Counted from the first letter of the stretch, positions 49,051-59,236 are shown. The stretch is 64,000 bases of DNA from Sedimentisphaerales bacterium (GCA_040772485.1 JAXGYC010000007.1:352001-416000), one strand, 5' to 3'. A program made the numbers and translations. Notes: a model not told the origin generated them from the sequence alone.

Positions 49051-50348
49051 GAAAGTTCTTTCGAGAAGCCCGGCTGGGCATTGGGCCTCAGGCCGACGAG
49101 CGGGTCTTTCGGGACATGCTCCAAGCCCAGCAAGAACACGCAAAGAGGCCAGAGACATTGACTGTAAAAGGGAGATCGATCATGAAGAGTCCATTCGCCA
49201 AGCTCGCCGTCGCCGCCGCCGTTGTCGTCGCCTGCGTCATGGGCCTGTTCTTGTGGACGGGCACCCAGTCCAGCGTGGCCCTGGCCGACGTCCTGGCCCG
49301 AATGCACGAGGTCAGAGCGTACGTATTCCGCTGCACCGCGACAATCACCGGGCTGAAAGTCGGTGATTCAACAGTAGATACAGAGTCCCACAGTATTATC
49401 GTGACGTCGCAGGACCACGGAACCAAGATGGTCATAGAGACCATCGATCCCAACGGGACGAGAACCATGACTCAGGAGATGTACATGTCGCCCCAGAACG
49501 GGACCATGCTGACGATCATGCCCGAAGAGAAAAGGTACATCCGCATGGAATACGACGAGAGCATGGCCGAACGCATGCGCAAACAGAATCAGGACCCGAG
49601 CGCCATCGTCCAGCTCGCCGTAGGACAGGGCTATGAGAGTCTGGGACGGGTCATGCTCGACGGTGTCGAGGTCGAGAAGTTCCGCAGCATAGACCCCAAC
49701 TTTCTGGGCAACGTGGTGGATCAGCCCGAAGTCATGATCTACGTGGACGTGCAGACCCAACTGCCTGTGCGCATGGAAATGGACGCTCGGATGGGCGAAG
49801 GGGCGCGCATTCATACCGCGATGCACGATTTCCAGTGGGACGTGGTGGTCGACGCGGCCGAGTTCGACCCGGTCATCCCGGACGACTACACACCTTTGGC
49901 CGGTGGTGCGCTCAAGATGCCGGCCATGAACGAGGAGACGGCCATCCAGGGGTTGAAGCTCTGCGTGGAACTGACGGGCCGCTACCCGGAGAAGCTCGAC
50001 ATGATAAGCCTCATGTCACAGATGGGGCTTGCCCAAAACCATGAGAACCCGCTGTTCAGGCGGCTTCGAGACGAGAACAAGAACCTCACGGAGGACGAGA
50101 GGATCAGGAAGCTCACAGATATTTTGATGCCCATCCAGGCCATCGGCACCTTCCACGCCCTGCTCGTCGCGGATGACAAGGCCCCGGCCTACTATGGCGA
50201 ATTCGTCACACCCGAGGACGCCGATCAGGTCCTGATGCGCTGGCAGGTTTCTGAGACGGAGTATCGTGTCATCTTCGGCAGTCTGCACGTCGAGACCGTC
50301 AGCGCCGAGGTGCTGGCGGAGCTTGAGAAGACGTTGCCTCAACAGTGA
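49029..50348 (+). CDS. Putative anti-sigma factor: single TM plus LolA-like periplasmic domain
   Basis: Overlaps the ECF gene; KLAVAAAVVVACVMG TM, ALADVL, IYVDVQTQLPVRME, FDPVIPDDY. Confidence 0.7.
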   Translation: MRPADHIRKFFREARLGIGPQADERVFRDMLQAQQEHAKRPETLTVKGRSIMKSPFAKLAVAAAVVVACVMGLFLWTGTQSSVALADVLARMHEVRAYVFRCTATITGLKVGDSTVDTESHSIIVTSQDHGTKMVIETIDPNGTRTMTQEMYMSPQNGTMLTIMPEEKRYIRMEYDESMAERMRKQNQDPSAIVQLAVGQGYESLGRVMLDGVEVEKFRSIDPNFLGNVVDQPEVMIYVDVQTQLPVRMEMDARMGEGARIHTAMHDFQWDVVVDAAEFDPVIPDDYTPLAGGALKMPAMNEETAIQGLKLCVELTGRYPEKLDMISLMSQMGLAQNHENPLFRRLRDENKNLTEDERIRKLTDILMPIQAIGTFHALLVADDKAPAYYGEFVTPEDADQVLMRWQVSETEYRVIFGSLHVETVSAEVLAELEKTLPQQ

Positions 50349-50379
50349 CAGACGGTCCGGTGCGGTTTGACACAGTCCC

Positions 50380-53300
50380 TCAACGTGATTCCGCGTCGAT
50401 CATCTGTTGGATCTTCTCGCGTCGTGCGATGAGTGTCTGCTGCATCTGGCGGTCGGATGCCGCCAGCTCGATCGCCCGGTCAAGATGCTGCACCGCCAGG
50501 GCGCTCTTCTGCTGTCGCATGCTCAAGCCGGCGAGCAGATCATACGTGCGGACCTGCCCTTCCCGCGGCAGCAGGGGCAGCACGCGTTCCAGAGCCGCCA
50601 TCGCGCCGGGCAGGTCGCCCTGGGCGTCCCGCGCCTCCGCCAGATTCGTGTACGCATCGAGCAGGCGGGGGTTCCGCTGCAGGGCGTGCTCGAACGCTGC
50701 TGTCGCCTGATCGAACGCGTTGACACGCCGATAACAGATGCCTAGGTTGTTCCAGGCAGCCCCGTCGCCGGGACGGAGTTTGACGAAGCGCTCGTACTGC
50801 TCGATGGCGCGGCCGTAGTCCTGCGACAACACGTACCGTTTCGCCAGACGCCCGCGCAACTCCGCGGCGCCGGGCGTCCGCTCAACCGCTTCCTCCAGAG
50901 CCCGAATCTCTCCCCGCAGCTCTTCGAGGACGCTGTCCACGTCTCGGTCGTGGGGATTTGCCCGCCTGGCGGCCGCAAACTGCCCATTCATGATGTCCGG
51001 ATCGCCAATCAGAGCCCCTACAACACCTTGCAGCACGTGCCGGGTCGCCTGGCTGTACTGCCGGAGTATCGCTGCCGGGTCCTCCCCGCCCGGCAACGGG
51101 CCGACATTCGTCACATGGTCCAACAGCGGCGTGCAATGCTCGCCGATGGAGCGGAGGATGTCGAGCCAGGAACCCTCGACGTCGCGCTTGATCGCGGCGC
51201 CGAATTCCAGATAGGGCTTGTCGTCGGTGTGCAGAGGGCCCTGGCCGCCGAGCCTCGTCAATTCCTTCTCGCCCACCAGGAGGCAATCGAGGAAATCGTA
51301 GACGCTATACACATTGATCTGTTCGAGGTCTCTGGCAATATCAGGACGCCCGGCAATCGCCTTGATGCGTCGGAAGTCCAGTTGCATCGGCTCGACCGTC
51401 CCGAGGAGCACGGCGTGTTTGTTGACGCAGTTGTTGACTACCCACAAGGAGCTGTGAGGCATCGCGGCCTGGAAGCTCCGCATGATGATGCGGAAATCCT
51501 CCGGCCGCAGGTCGAGCGGCACCCAGCAGGACAGCACGCCCCTGGGTTTGAGACGGTTGCGACAGGCCTTGAAGTGATCGTACGTGTAGAGGGCCGAACT
51601 GCCTGTCGTGCCCGGATAGGTCGAGTCGTTCATGATGACGTCGAACTCCTCCTCGGTCATCTTGATGAAGTTCTTCCCGTCCATGATGATCTTGCGGAGC
51701 CTCGGATTCGCATACGAGCGACGGTTGATCTCATCGAAGAAGACGCCCGCCTCAAACACGCCCGGACAGATATCGACGATCGTGTAGCGCGCGACGCCGA
51801 AATCCAGACCGATCCCGCAGGTCTCGCCGCTGCCGTAGCCGATCTGGACCACGTCCTGCGGGTTCTCGTGGACGAACAGCGGCGCGTACGCCTGGAGCTT
51901 CTGCGTCGTCCGCAGCATCAGGTCCATGCCCGCAACGTCTACACCATCGACGGCGATCACGCGGTCGCCATCGGGCAGGTCGTGGACCGTCACGGTCCCG
52001 GTGACGCCGTCGTCGATGAACACGATCCGGCTGGGATGGTGATACGTGTTCACGGTTTGCAGGAACACGTCGCGCGGAATCCAGACGGCACAGGCCGCCA
52101 CCAGCAGAATGGAAACCACCGTCCCTGCCATCGCGAGCGTTCTGTGTCGCTTGTCCGAGAGCGCAACCAGCACAATCGCCAGGGCGAAGAGGGCCGCGAC
52201 AACCAGCAGAAAGCTGTTCCGCAATCCCAGAAGCGGGATCACCAGGAAGCCAGCCGCCGCAGAGCCGAGGACGCAGCCGATCGTGTTGGACGCATATACC
52301 TGGCCCACGCGCCGGCCCACCGTCTCCCAGACCGGCGCGCAGATTCGCACCGCGACGGGGAACACCATTCCCATCAGGACTGTGGGAACGAAAATTACCG
52401 CAAGGGTGTCAATGAAATGGACCATGCTGTCGCCGGCGAACGAGATCTTCCAGTCGACTACGCGAGCCAGGACCCAGGCGTCGAGAGCCCACAGCCAACC
52501 CAAGATCAGGATCGACCCCAGAATCGACAGCGCCAGCAGGAATTCGATCACTCCAAACGCAAGGATCGGGTCCTTCAGGCGAGGCACCAGCAGCACGCTC
52601 GACAGAAGGCTGCCCAAGGCAAGGCCCAGAACAAAGCACGTCAGCATGCAGGCGAAGGCGTAAGCGGACGTCCCCAGGACAAACACGAGCACCCGCGACC
52701 AGAGCACTTCCATCGCCATCGCGCAGAATCCCGCCACGAAAACGCCGACCAGGGCAATCGTCCGGACGCGCTCGGAGTATACGGTGGGCGATTCCTGCGC
52801 CCGCGCAATCTGTTCCCGGAGAGCGGCGAGGCCCTGCTGCTTGCGTTTGGCCGCTCCAGGAATCACCGGTCGCGGCCTGATCCCCAAGGACAGCAGCCAG
52901 GCCAGACTGCCGATGGCCACGTTGGCCGTCGCGGTCACGTAAATCGACGAATTCACGCCCAGCAGCCGAATCAGGTAGTAGCCCGACAGGAAACTGCCCA
53001 GGACGGCGCCGAACGTGTTGACCGCGTAGAGCAGACCGACGCCCTGTCCGGTCCGCAAGCGCGACTCGCCCCTGCCCGGCGTGGCCGCCCAGAGCCCGCT
53101 GAGGACCGGCAAGGTCCCACCCATCAAGACGGTCGGGACCAGGAGAATCAGAATCGAGACGACGAAACGCACCAGATTCATCGCGTGAGGGCCCGGCTGG
53201 TATGTCTGATAGAACCACAGGTAGAACCGGTCCACTGCGTTCAGAATGGCCGGAAAGGCAAAGGCATAGACGCCGACTCCCAGCTCCAGCCAGGCGTAGA

Positions 53301-53550
53301 GTCTCAGCGGTCGCGTCATGCGGTCGGCGTGCCGCCCGAGCAGCCAGCTTCCGATGGCCAGACCCAGCATGAAGGCCGTCAGAATGGTGCTGGCGGCAAA
53401 GACCGTGTTGCCGAAGACCGCCCCGAGGGACCGCATCCAGGTCACCTCGTAGACGAGACCGGTCGCACCGGATATCAGGAACAGAGGGAGAATCAGCCCG
53501 CGATGATTTGGTGAGACCGGCGGGCCTTGCGTTGTCGCCTTCATGTCCAT
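50380..53550 (-). CDS. Fused membrane domain/spermidine-synthase-like SAM-dependent enzyme with C-terminal TPRs
   Basis: SGATGLVYEVTW, LYAVNTFGAVLG, VVQIGYGSG, DGKNFI, FDVIMND, HTDDKPYLEF; TPR AWNNLGICY. Confidence 0.88.
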   Translation of the reverse strand: MDMKATTQGPPVSPNHRGLILPLFLISGATGLVYEVTWMRSLGAVFGNTVFAASTILTAFMLGLAIGSWLLGRHADRMTRPLRLYAWLELGVGVYAFAFPAILNAVDRFYLWFYQTYQPGPHAMNLVRFVVSILILLVPTVLMGGTLPVLSGLWAATPGRGESRLRTGQGVGLLYAVNTFGAVLGSFLSGYYLIRLLGVNSSIYVTATANVAIGSLAWLLSLGIRPRPVIPGAAKRKQQGLAALREQIARAQESPTVYSERVRTIALVGVFVAGFCAMAMEVLWSRVLVFVLGTSAYAFACMLTCFVLGLALGSLLSSVLLVPRLKDPILAFGVIEFLLALSILGSILILGWLWALDAWVLARVVDWKISFAGDSMVHFIDTLAVIFVPTVLMGMVFPVAVRICAPVWETVGRRVGQVYASNTIGCVLGSAAAGFLVIPLLGLRNSFLLVVAALFALAIVLVALSDKRHRTLAMAGTVVSILLVAACAVWIPRDVFLQTVNTYHHPSRIVFIDDGVTGTVTVHDLPDGDRVIAVDGVDVAGMDLMLRTTQKLQAYAPLFVHENPQDVVQIGYGSGETCGIGLDFGVARYTIVDICPGVFEAGVFFDEINRRSYANPRLRKIIMDGKNFIKMTEEEFDVIMNDSTYPGTTGSSALYTYDHFKACRNRLKPRGVLSCWVPLDLRPEDFRIIMRSFQAAMPHSSLWVVNNCVNKHAVLLGTVEPMQLDFRRIKAIAGRPDIARDLEQINVYSVYDFLDCLLVGEKELTRLGGQGPLHTDDKPYLEFGAAIKRDVEGSWLDILRSIGEHCTPLLDHVTNVGPLPGGEDPAAILRQYSQATRHVLQGVVGALIGDPDIMNGQFAAARRANPHDRDVDSVLEELRGEIRALEEAVERTPGAAELRGRLAKRYVLSQDYGRAIEQYERFVKLRPGDGAAWNNLGICYRRVNAFDQATAAFEHALQRNPRLLDAYTNLAEARDAQGDLPGAMAALERVLPLLPREGQVRTYDLLAGLSMRQQKSALAVQHLDRAIELAASDRQMQQTLIARREKIQQMIDAESR

Positions 53551-53700
53551 GCCTTCCCAGGAGAACTCGAAATGACGACTACACAGTTTCGAAACACAGT
53601 GTATCCACTTTGCAGGTTTCGATCAAGTCCCGTTCAAAGACGGGGAACCTCTGGGGGGTGGTGAAGGCAGCGCAACGGGGCTCCGGGACGGCGGGACCTG

Positions 53701-54216
53701 TTATTCGAGTAAGACCGGAAGGTCGATCGCGCAGGCGCGGAAATGGTCGGCCGAGAGTGTCACCGTCTGCCAGCGGACGCTGCGCTCTTTCATGTGCCGC
53801 CGGTAGTCCTCCAGGCGAATGCAGAAGAAGACGTACCGGTCCGGACCGAGGCAGAGCACGTCGCGCCCGTCGAAATCGACGTCGATGCGTGCTGCCCGGT
53901 AGGCGAAGACGAAGGCCGCTTCGTGGCCTGGGCCCAGGGCCTTGGCCCAGGCGCCAAGCCCGCGAACATCGTCACGCGTCACCCAGCATTCCAGGCCCTT
54001 GAGCCCGGCCAGGCTCGTTCCGGCGAATGTTCGCCCTTTGACCTCGACCACGATGCGTCGGCCGAGAGGAGCGTAGAGGAGGAAATCGAAGTTCTTGACC
54101 GTCTGTCTGGCGGTTCCGATGCGCTGGTGCTCGTCGGCGCGGACATACTCCACCTGGTGGTCGATCAGCCAGCTTTCGAACGCTCGCTCGTAATGATTGG
54201 CCGCCGAGTCCCTCAT
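53701..54216 (-). CDS. HYExAFE family protein (PD-(D/E)xK nuclease-like)
   Basis: NHYERAFESWL, KNFDFLL, VEVKGR, CWVTRDDV. Confidence 0.85.
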   Translation of the reverse strand: MRDSAANHYERAFESWLIDHQVEYVRADEHQRIGTARQTVKNFDFLLYAPLGRRIVVEVKGRTFAGTSLAGLKGLECWVTRDDVRGLGAWAKALGPGHEAAFVFAYRAARIDVDFDGRDVLCLGPDRYVFFCIRLEDYRRHMKERSVRWQTVTLSADHFRACAIDLPVLLE

Positions 54217-54296
54217 GCGACTATCACCTTCCCCTCGCAGGCCAGGCCGCCGATGGCACGCGGAGATCGATATCGGCTCTCCCCGCCGCCGCGAAG

Positions 54297-55415
54297 CTAC
54301 TTCTTCGCATCGAACAGAAGCGGCAGCACCTCGTTCAGATAATGCCTCCAGAGACGCCATTCGTGGGCGCCGTCTGTGATGTGGGCGGTGTGCTTGATCG
54401 CTTTGGCTTCGAGCGCCGCCAGGAACCGCTGATTGGCCTCGAACAGGAAGTCCTTCCTGCCGCAACCGATCCAGAGAAGCCGCAGCTTCCTATTCAATGT
54501 CTCCGGCGTAGCCAGCAGCGTATCAAGCTCTTCGCCGGACGGTGTACTGGAGCTGAACGCGACGACCCAGCCGAACATCTCCGGATGTCCCAGCCCGATC
54601 CGCAGCGATTGGCCCCCTCCCATGGACAGCCCCGCGATCGCCCGGTGCTCCGAATCGCTGTGTACGCGGTAGTTGTGCTCGACGAACGGGATCACATCGC
54701 CGATCAGATCGGCTTCGAAGCTTCTCCAGTTTCGAGGCCGGCTCCGGTCGGACGTGATGCTCGGCGTGTGCCCATACGGCATTACGATGATCATCGGCCT
54801 GGCCCTTCCGGCCGCCAGGGCGTTGTCCATGACCGCGTTGGCCCGTCCGACGATGGTCCAGGCGTCTTCCGTATCTCCGCTGCCATGCAACAGATACAGC
54901 ACGGGGTACCTGGCCTGGCCCGACGTCTCATACGCCGGGGGCGTGTAGACGTAGAGACCCCGCGTGGTATCCAACGATTTGGAATGGTAGCGGTGGACGT
55001 GCATGGTGCCGTGAGGAACGTTCTGCTCCTCGTAGAACATAGGCGGATCGCCGAGAACCAGGACCATGCTTCGCGCGCTGCGGCGCCAGACCTTGACGAA
55101 CGGATTCATCGGATCGGCGATGGCCAAACCATCCACCTTGAAGTTGTACTCGTGGATCTCCGGGGCGAGCGGCCCGACAGTGATCGACCAGAGCCCCTCG
55201 CCATCCTTGACCATCGGCTCGGGCTCGGAGAGGAAATTCGCCTCCAGCAGCACGCGCTGAGCATCCGGGGCACGAAGGTAGAACATCACCTTGCGATCCG
55301 TGTGCACCTGGGGCCAGATTTCCGCGGCCTGCGACTGGGCCTCGACGGGAGGACAAACCACGCTGCACAACAAGACCACGGACACGATGAATCGGCACAA
55401 ACCATATCGGTTCAT
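54297..55415 (-). CDS. Secreted CE1-like esterase with N-terminal CBM48-like domain
   Basis: FYLRAPDA...GLWSITVGPL; VYTPP, YPVLYLLHGSGD, AIAGLSMGG, GAHEW. Confidence 0.9.
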   Translation of the reverse strand: MNRYGLCRFIVSVVLLCSVVCPPVEAQSQAAEIWPQVHTDRKVMFYLRAPDAQRVLLEANFLSEPEPMVKDGEGLWSITVGPLAPEIHEYNFKVDGLAIADPMNPFVKVWRRSARSMVLVLGDPPMFYEEQNVPHGTMHVHRYHSKSLDTTRGLYVYTPPAYETSGQARYPVLYLLHGSGDTEDAWTIVGRANAVMDNALAAGRARPMIIVMPYGHTPSITSDRSRPRNWRSFEADLIGDVIPFVEHNYRVHSDSEHRAIAGLSMGGGQSLRIGLGHPEMFGWVVAFSSSTPSGEELDTLLATPETLNRKLRLLWIGCGRKDFLFEANQRFLAALEAKAIKHTAHITDGAHEWRLWRHYLNEVLPLLFDAKK

Positions 55416-55466
55416 TGTGATCTCCCCGCACATTTCGGGCCCGCCACCACGGATGCCCTGGTAAAC

Positions 55467-56765
55467 CTACGTTGTTCCGTCCGGCTCCGGCAGCAACTGA
55501 TTCACGTGCACCTGGTTCTGCTCTCCGCTGGCCATGTCCTTGACGACAAGCTCCTGGCGGTCGAGATACTCCTGACCGATGATAATGCATCGGCCGGCGT
55601 TCTGGGAGGAGGCCTCCTTCAACTGCTTGGAAAGCCCGCCCACCTTATAGCTGAAATTGGCGGAATGGCCGGCGGCGCGCAGCCTGGCGGCCACGGAGTA
55701 CATCGCCTTGGCGCAGGCGGCATCCGCACAGGCCACGAAGTATTCGAGCCGTCGCGGCGGGACCTGGCTGTCCAGAAGCCCCTTCTGATGCAGCAGGATC
55801 TCCAGCACGCAGTCGCCCATGCCCATCCCGGTGGCGGGAATCGCCGGCCCGCCGAAGTCACGAAGAAGGTTGTCGTACCGCCCCCCGCCGCAGATGGCGC
55901 GCAGCTCGCCGACGATGTCATGGATCTCGAATACCACGCCGGTGTAGTAGGCCAGACCTCGCACGATGGCTGGATCGAACACGCAGTACTCGGCCACGCC
56001 CATCAGCTTCAGCGTCGCGAAGACACTCTGCATCTGCTCGACGGCGGTGCGGATCTCGTCATTCAGGGGGACGACGCGCTCGATCTCGCCGACGGAATTC
56101 AACGCGAGGAAATCCGAGATGCGCCGGGCCTGCTCCTTGTCGGGAACCTGCTCGGCCAGCATCGCCTCGAACGTGTCGGCCGGCAGCTTGGCCTTCTTGT
56201 CCAGCAAGGCGTACATGCCATCAAACTTGCCCTCGTCGATGCCGATGCCCCGGAGGACCGAGGCCAGGAGCTTGCGGCTGGAGATCTTGGCCCGGATATC
56301 TCTGCTGGTCAAGCCGACCGTGCGAAGGTAGTCCAGCGATGTGAAGATCACCTCCGCGTCCGCTTCAGGACTGTCGATGCCGATGATGTCGATGTTCCAC
56401 TGGAAGAACTCGCGCAGCCGTCCTTTCTGAGGCCGCTCGGCCCGGCACAGCCGCGGCACGGAAAACCACTTGATCGGTCGGGGCAACGAGTTGATCTGCT
56501 GGTTGACCATGCGCGCCAGGGTAGGCGTGATCTCCGGCCGGATCGCCAAATCCCGCCCGCCGCGGTCCTGGAACGAGAAGAGCTGCTCGACGATCTCCTG
56601 ACCGCTCTTGATCTGATACATCATCAGGTGCTCGAAGATCGGGCCGTCGTATTCCTCGAAGCCGTTCCGAATGGAGACGCTCTTCCACCCGTCGATGATC
56701 CAGTTGCGACGGGCCATCTCGGGCGGGTAGAAATCCCGCGTTCCTTTTACCGGCGGTATCTTCAT
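55467..56765 (-). CDS. hisS: Histidine--tRNA ligase
   Basis: KGTRDF, LAIRPEITP, RAERPQKGRLREFFQ, VRGLAYYTG, GGGRYDNL. Confidence 0.97.
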   Translation of the reverse strand: MKIPPVKGTRDFYPPEMARRNWIIDGWKSVSIRNGFEEYDGPIFEHLMMYQIKSGQEIVEQLFSFQDRGGRDLAIRPEITPTLARMVNQQINSLPRPIKWFSVPRLCRAERPQKGRLREFFQWNIDIIGIDSPEADAEVIFTSLDYLRTVGLTSRDIRAKISSRKLLASVLRGIGIDEGKFDGMYALLDKKAKLPADTFEAMLAEQVPDKEQARRISDFLALNSVGEIERVVPLNDEIRTAVEQMQSVFATLKLMGVAEYCVFDPAIVRGLAYYTGVVFEIHDIVGELRAICGGGRYDNLLRDFGGPAIPATGMGMGDCVLEILLHQKGLLDSQVPPRRLEYFVACADAACAKAMYSVAARLRAAGHSANFSYKVGGLSKQLKEASSQNAGRCIIIGQEYLDRQELVVKDMASGEQNQVHVNQLLPEPDGTT

Positions 56766-57169
56766 GCCTTCCTGGTCTTTCCCTTGCGCTTCGTGGCACG
56801 CTGCTTCTCGGTCACGTTGTTGTCGAACTTGATCCGAATGTACTCCTCCATCTCCTTGTCGTTGGTGAAATGGAGCTCGTAGTCATACTCCCCCTCGACG
56901 AGATCGCAATCGGAGTGCTTGTACTTGCGGCAGATATTCGGCCGCTTCTCGTAGATCCGGCAGCGGTAGTCGGTCTCGGAAAGGTGGCGGCACTTGTTCT
57001 TGACGTTCACGTACCAGTCACCGTCCTCGACAAAAACCGTGACGTCCTTGTGGCACAGAAACCATCGGATGTCGTCGAGGTCCTCCTTCGTCTCCGGCGT
57101 CTCGATCGGCAGCGCAAAGTACCGACAGCACAGTCCTGTACACCTGTCACATTGGCTCTTCTTGGCCAT
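56762..57169 (-). CDS. YkgJ-family CxxCxxCC zinc/iron-chelating protein
   Basis: CDRCTGLCC...CRHL...CRIYEKRPNICRKY; overlaps the hisS start. Confidence 0.88.
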   Translation of the reverse strand: MAKKSQCDRCTGLCCRYFALPIETPETKEDLDDIRWFLCHKDVTVFVEDGDWYVNVKNKCRHLSETDYRCRIYEKRPNICRKYKHSDCDLVEGEYDYELHFTNDKEMEEYIRIKFDNNVTEKQRATKRKGKTRKA

Positions 57170-57221
57170 CCAGTATCCTTCATTTGGCTTCATGCAGGGC
57201 GCATTTGTCTTTCACGCCCCC

Positions 57222-57250
57222 TATATAAGACGTGAGGGCCGGACCGTCAA
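57222..57250 (-). promoter_or_regulatory. Sigma70-type promoter of ykgJ-like/hisS
   Basis: TTGACG-N17-TATATA. Confidence 0.55.
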
Positions 57251-57419
57251 GAACCGGTGTTCGGCCGGACCGACAATCCGACACGACAGAGGCCTTCTCC
57301 TGCCCCAGGGCCACCATACCCCAGAGGCATGGACCGTCATCGCAATGATGTTCCGCCGCGGTCTGGGCAGCGGCCGCTTGCGTCGCCTCACGTTTCTGGG
57401 AAAAATTCCCCACGCGCGA

Positions 57420-57448
57420 TTGACCAGACCAACCATCTCAGATACGAT
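57420..57448 (+). promoter_or_regulatory. Sigma70-type promoter
   Basis: TTGACC-N17-TACGAT. Confidence 0.6.
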
Positions 57449-57470
57449 AGATGCCGAAACGATTGTCCAC

Positions 57471-57527
57471 AGGCCCCCGCAAAGTCTCGCTTCCTCTCCC
57501 TCATCAAATGCGGGGGCTTCTTTCTTC
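57471..57527 (+). terminator. Terminator-like hairpin with a 27-nt pyrimidine-rich loop (sRNA or attenuator)
   Basis: AGGCCCCCGCA-N27-TGCGGGGGCTT followed by CTTTCTT. Confidence 0.55.
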
Positions 57528-57706
57528 TACTGGTGCGCCCGACCCTGTCCTGCAACCTCCCGACGGGCGATCCCATCGCCGGGGTCTCGCTGTGAGGGAA
57601 GTCCTTGGGACTTGCATTCTCTCGGCGCACCTGCGACACTGTCACAGCAGCATTCGTGTGTGGCAATTGTGCAGGCTCCGATAGGAAATCCCGCGTGGCA
57701 AGGAAG

Positions 57707-59236
57707 ATGGCAAGACGATTGGCTGGCACGGTGGCCTTCTGTGGCCTCCTTGTTGCTGTGGCGTCCTGCTCTCCCGGAACTCCGGAGACGCACCGCGAAG
57801 TTGCCCGCGAGCCCAACCTGAGCCCCGATTACTCGGGCACGGTGATCCCCGCCAACATCGCCCCTCTGAACCTCCAGATTCTGGAAGAAGGTCGGGCTTA
57901 TCTCCTGAAGATCCGGTCAGAGAGCGGATCGCCCATTACTGTCTCCAGCAGGACCGGGCAGATGCGCATCCCGCGTCGCCCATGGCGTGCCCTGCTCAGC
58001 GCCAACCGGGGCCGCGATCTGCATTTCGATGTCTACGTCCAGGACGCAGACCGCCAGTGGAGGCGCTTTGAGCCGGTCACCAACGCCATCGCAAAGGAAG
58101 ACATCGATGGTACACTGGTGTTCCGCTTCATGAAGCCGATCTACAACTGGTGGAAGGACATCGGCATCTACCAGCGAGACCTCGGCAGCTACGATACATC
58201 GGTGGTCCTGCACGGCCGGTCGTTCGGCGAGGGATGCCTCAACTGCCACAGTTTCGTGCGCAATGAGCCGGACACGATGTCCATCAGCCTGCGCAGCGCA
58301 ACCTATGGCAGCCACACGCTGCTGGCCCGAGACGGCCGCGTCGACAAGGTCGGCGCCAAGTGGGGCTACACCGCGTGGCACCCGAGCGGCCGGCTGGCGG
58401 TGTATTCCATGAACAAGGTGATTCAGTTCTTCCGGGCGGGCGCGCTGGAGGTCCGCGACGTGGCCGACCTGGATTCGGCCCTGGTGTGCTATCAGGTCGA
58501 GAGCCGCAAGACCTTCTCTCCGCCCGAACTGGCCGACAAGGACCGGCTGGAAACCTATCCCGCCTGGTCCCCCGACGGCAAATACCTCTACTATTGCAGC
58601 GCTCCGATCCTGTGGGAAGATCGCAACGCAGTGCCCCCCGCCCACTACGAGGATCTCAAATATGACCTCTGGCGCATTCCGTACGACATCGAGACGGGCC
58701 AATGGGGCACGGCCGAAGCTTTCCTGTCGGCTCAGGAGACTGGTCTGAGCATCCAACTGCCAAGGTTCTCGCCGGATGGACGGTTTCTGCTGTTCTGTAT
58801 GTGCCGCTATGGCTGCTTTCCCATCTATCAGCCCAGCAGCGATCTCTACATCATGGACATGGCCACCAGGCAGTATCGCAAGCTGGCGATCAACAGCGAA
58901 CACTCGGAATCGTGGCACAGTTGGTCGAGCAATAGTCGGTGGGTCGCGTTCAGCAGCAAGCGGCCGGGCGGCCTGTTCACCCGCACGTATCTGAGCTACG
59001 TGGACGAAACCGGCGCCGCGCACAAGCCCTTCGTCGTACCCCAGCGGGACCCGGCCCACTACGATTCGTTGCTGGAAACATACAGTGTCCCGGAACTGGT
59101 CAACGGGCCGGTTGACGTCAGTAGATGGCGGCTCGCGCAGGCGGCCCGGGCCGAGCCATCCATCGCCACGGACATGCCCATCACGGGCGCGACACCGAAA
59201 ACCGTGCCCTCCGATCCCTGGCAGGAGCGAGAGTAG
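57707..59236 (+). CDS. TolB-like/PD40 beta-propeller lipoprotein with a single CxxCH motif
   Basis: Lipobox VASC; PDYSGTVIPANIAPLN, GCLNCHSF, YPAWSPDGK, PRFSPDGR, WHSWSSNSRWVAFSSKR. Confidence 0.85.
   Translation: MARRLAGTVAFCGLLVAVASCSPGTPETHREVAREPNLSPDYSGTVIPANIAPLNLQILEEGRAYLLKIRSESGSPITVSSRTGQMRIPRRPWRALLSANRGRDLHFDVYVQDADRQWRRFEPVTNAIAKEDIDGTLVFRFMKPIYNWWKDIGIYQRDLGSYDTSVVLHGRSFGEGCLNCHSFVRNEPDTMSISLRSATYGSHTLLARDGRVDKVGAKWGYTAWHPSGRLAVYSMNKVIQFFRAGALEVRDVADLDSALVCYQVESRKTFSPPELADKDRLETYPAWSPDGKYLYYCSAPILWEDRNAVPPAHYEDLKYDLWRIPYDIETGQWGTAEAFLSAQETGLSIQLPRFSPDGRFLLFCMCRYGCFPIYQPSSDLYIMDMATRQYRKLAINSEHSESWHSWSSNSRWVAFSSKRPGGLFTRTYLSYVDETGAAHKPFVVPQRDPAHYDSLLETYSVPELVNGPVDVSRWRLAQAARAEPSIATDMPITGATPKTVPSDPWQERE

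Noticed and set aside
57545..57590. HDV-like ribozyme (ACCTCCCGACGG) or fluoride riboswitch (minus-strand GGCGATGGGATCGCC)
   Set aside because: Could not build the P1/P1.1/P2 pseudoknot, and the downstream fluoride consensus (GCTGATGAC) is absent
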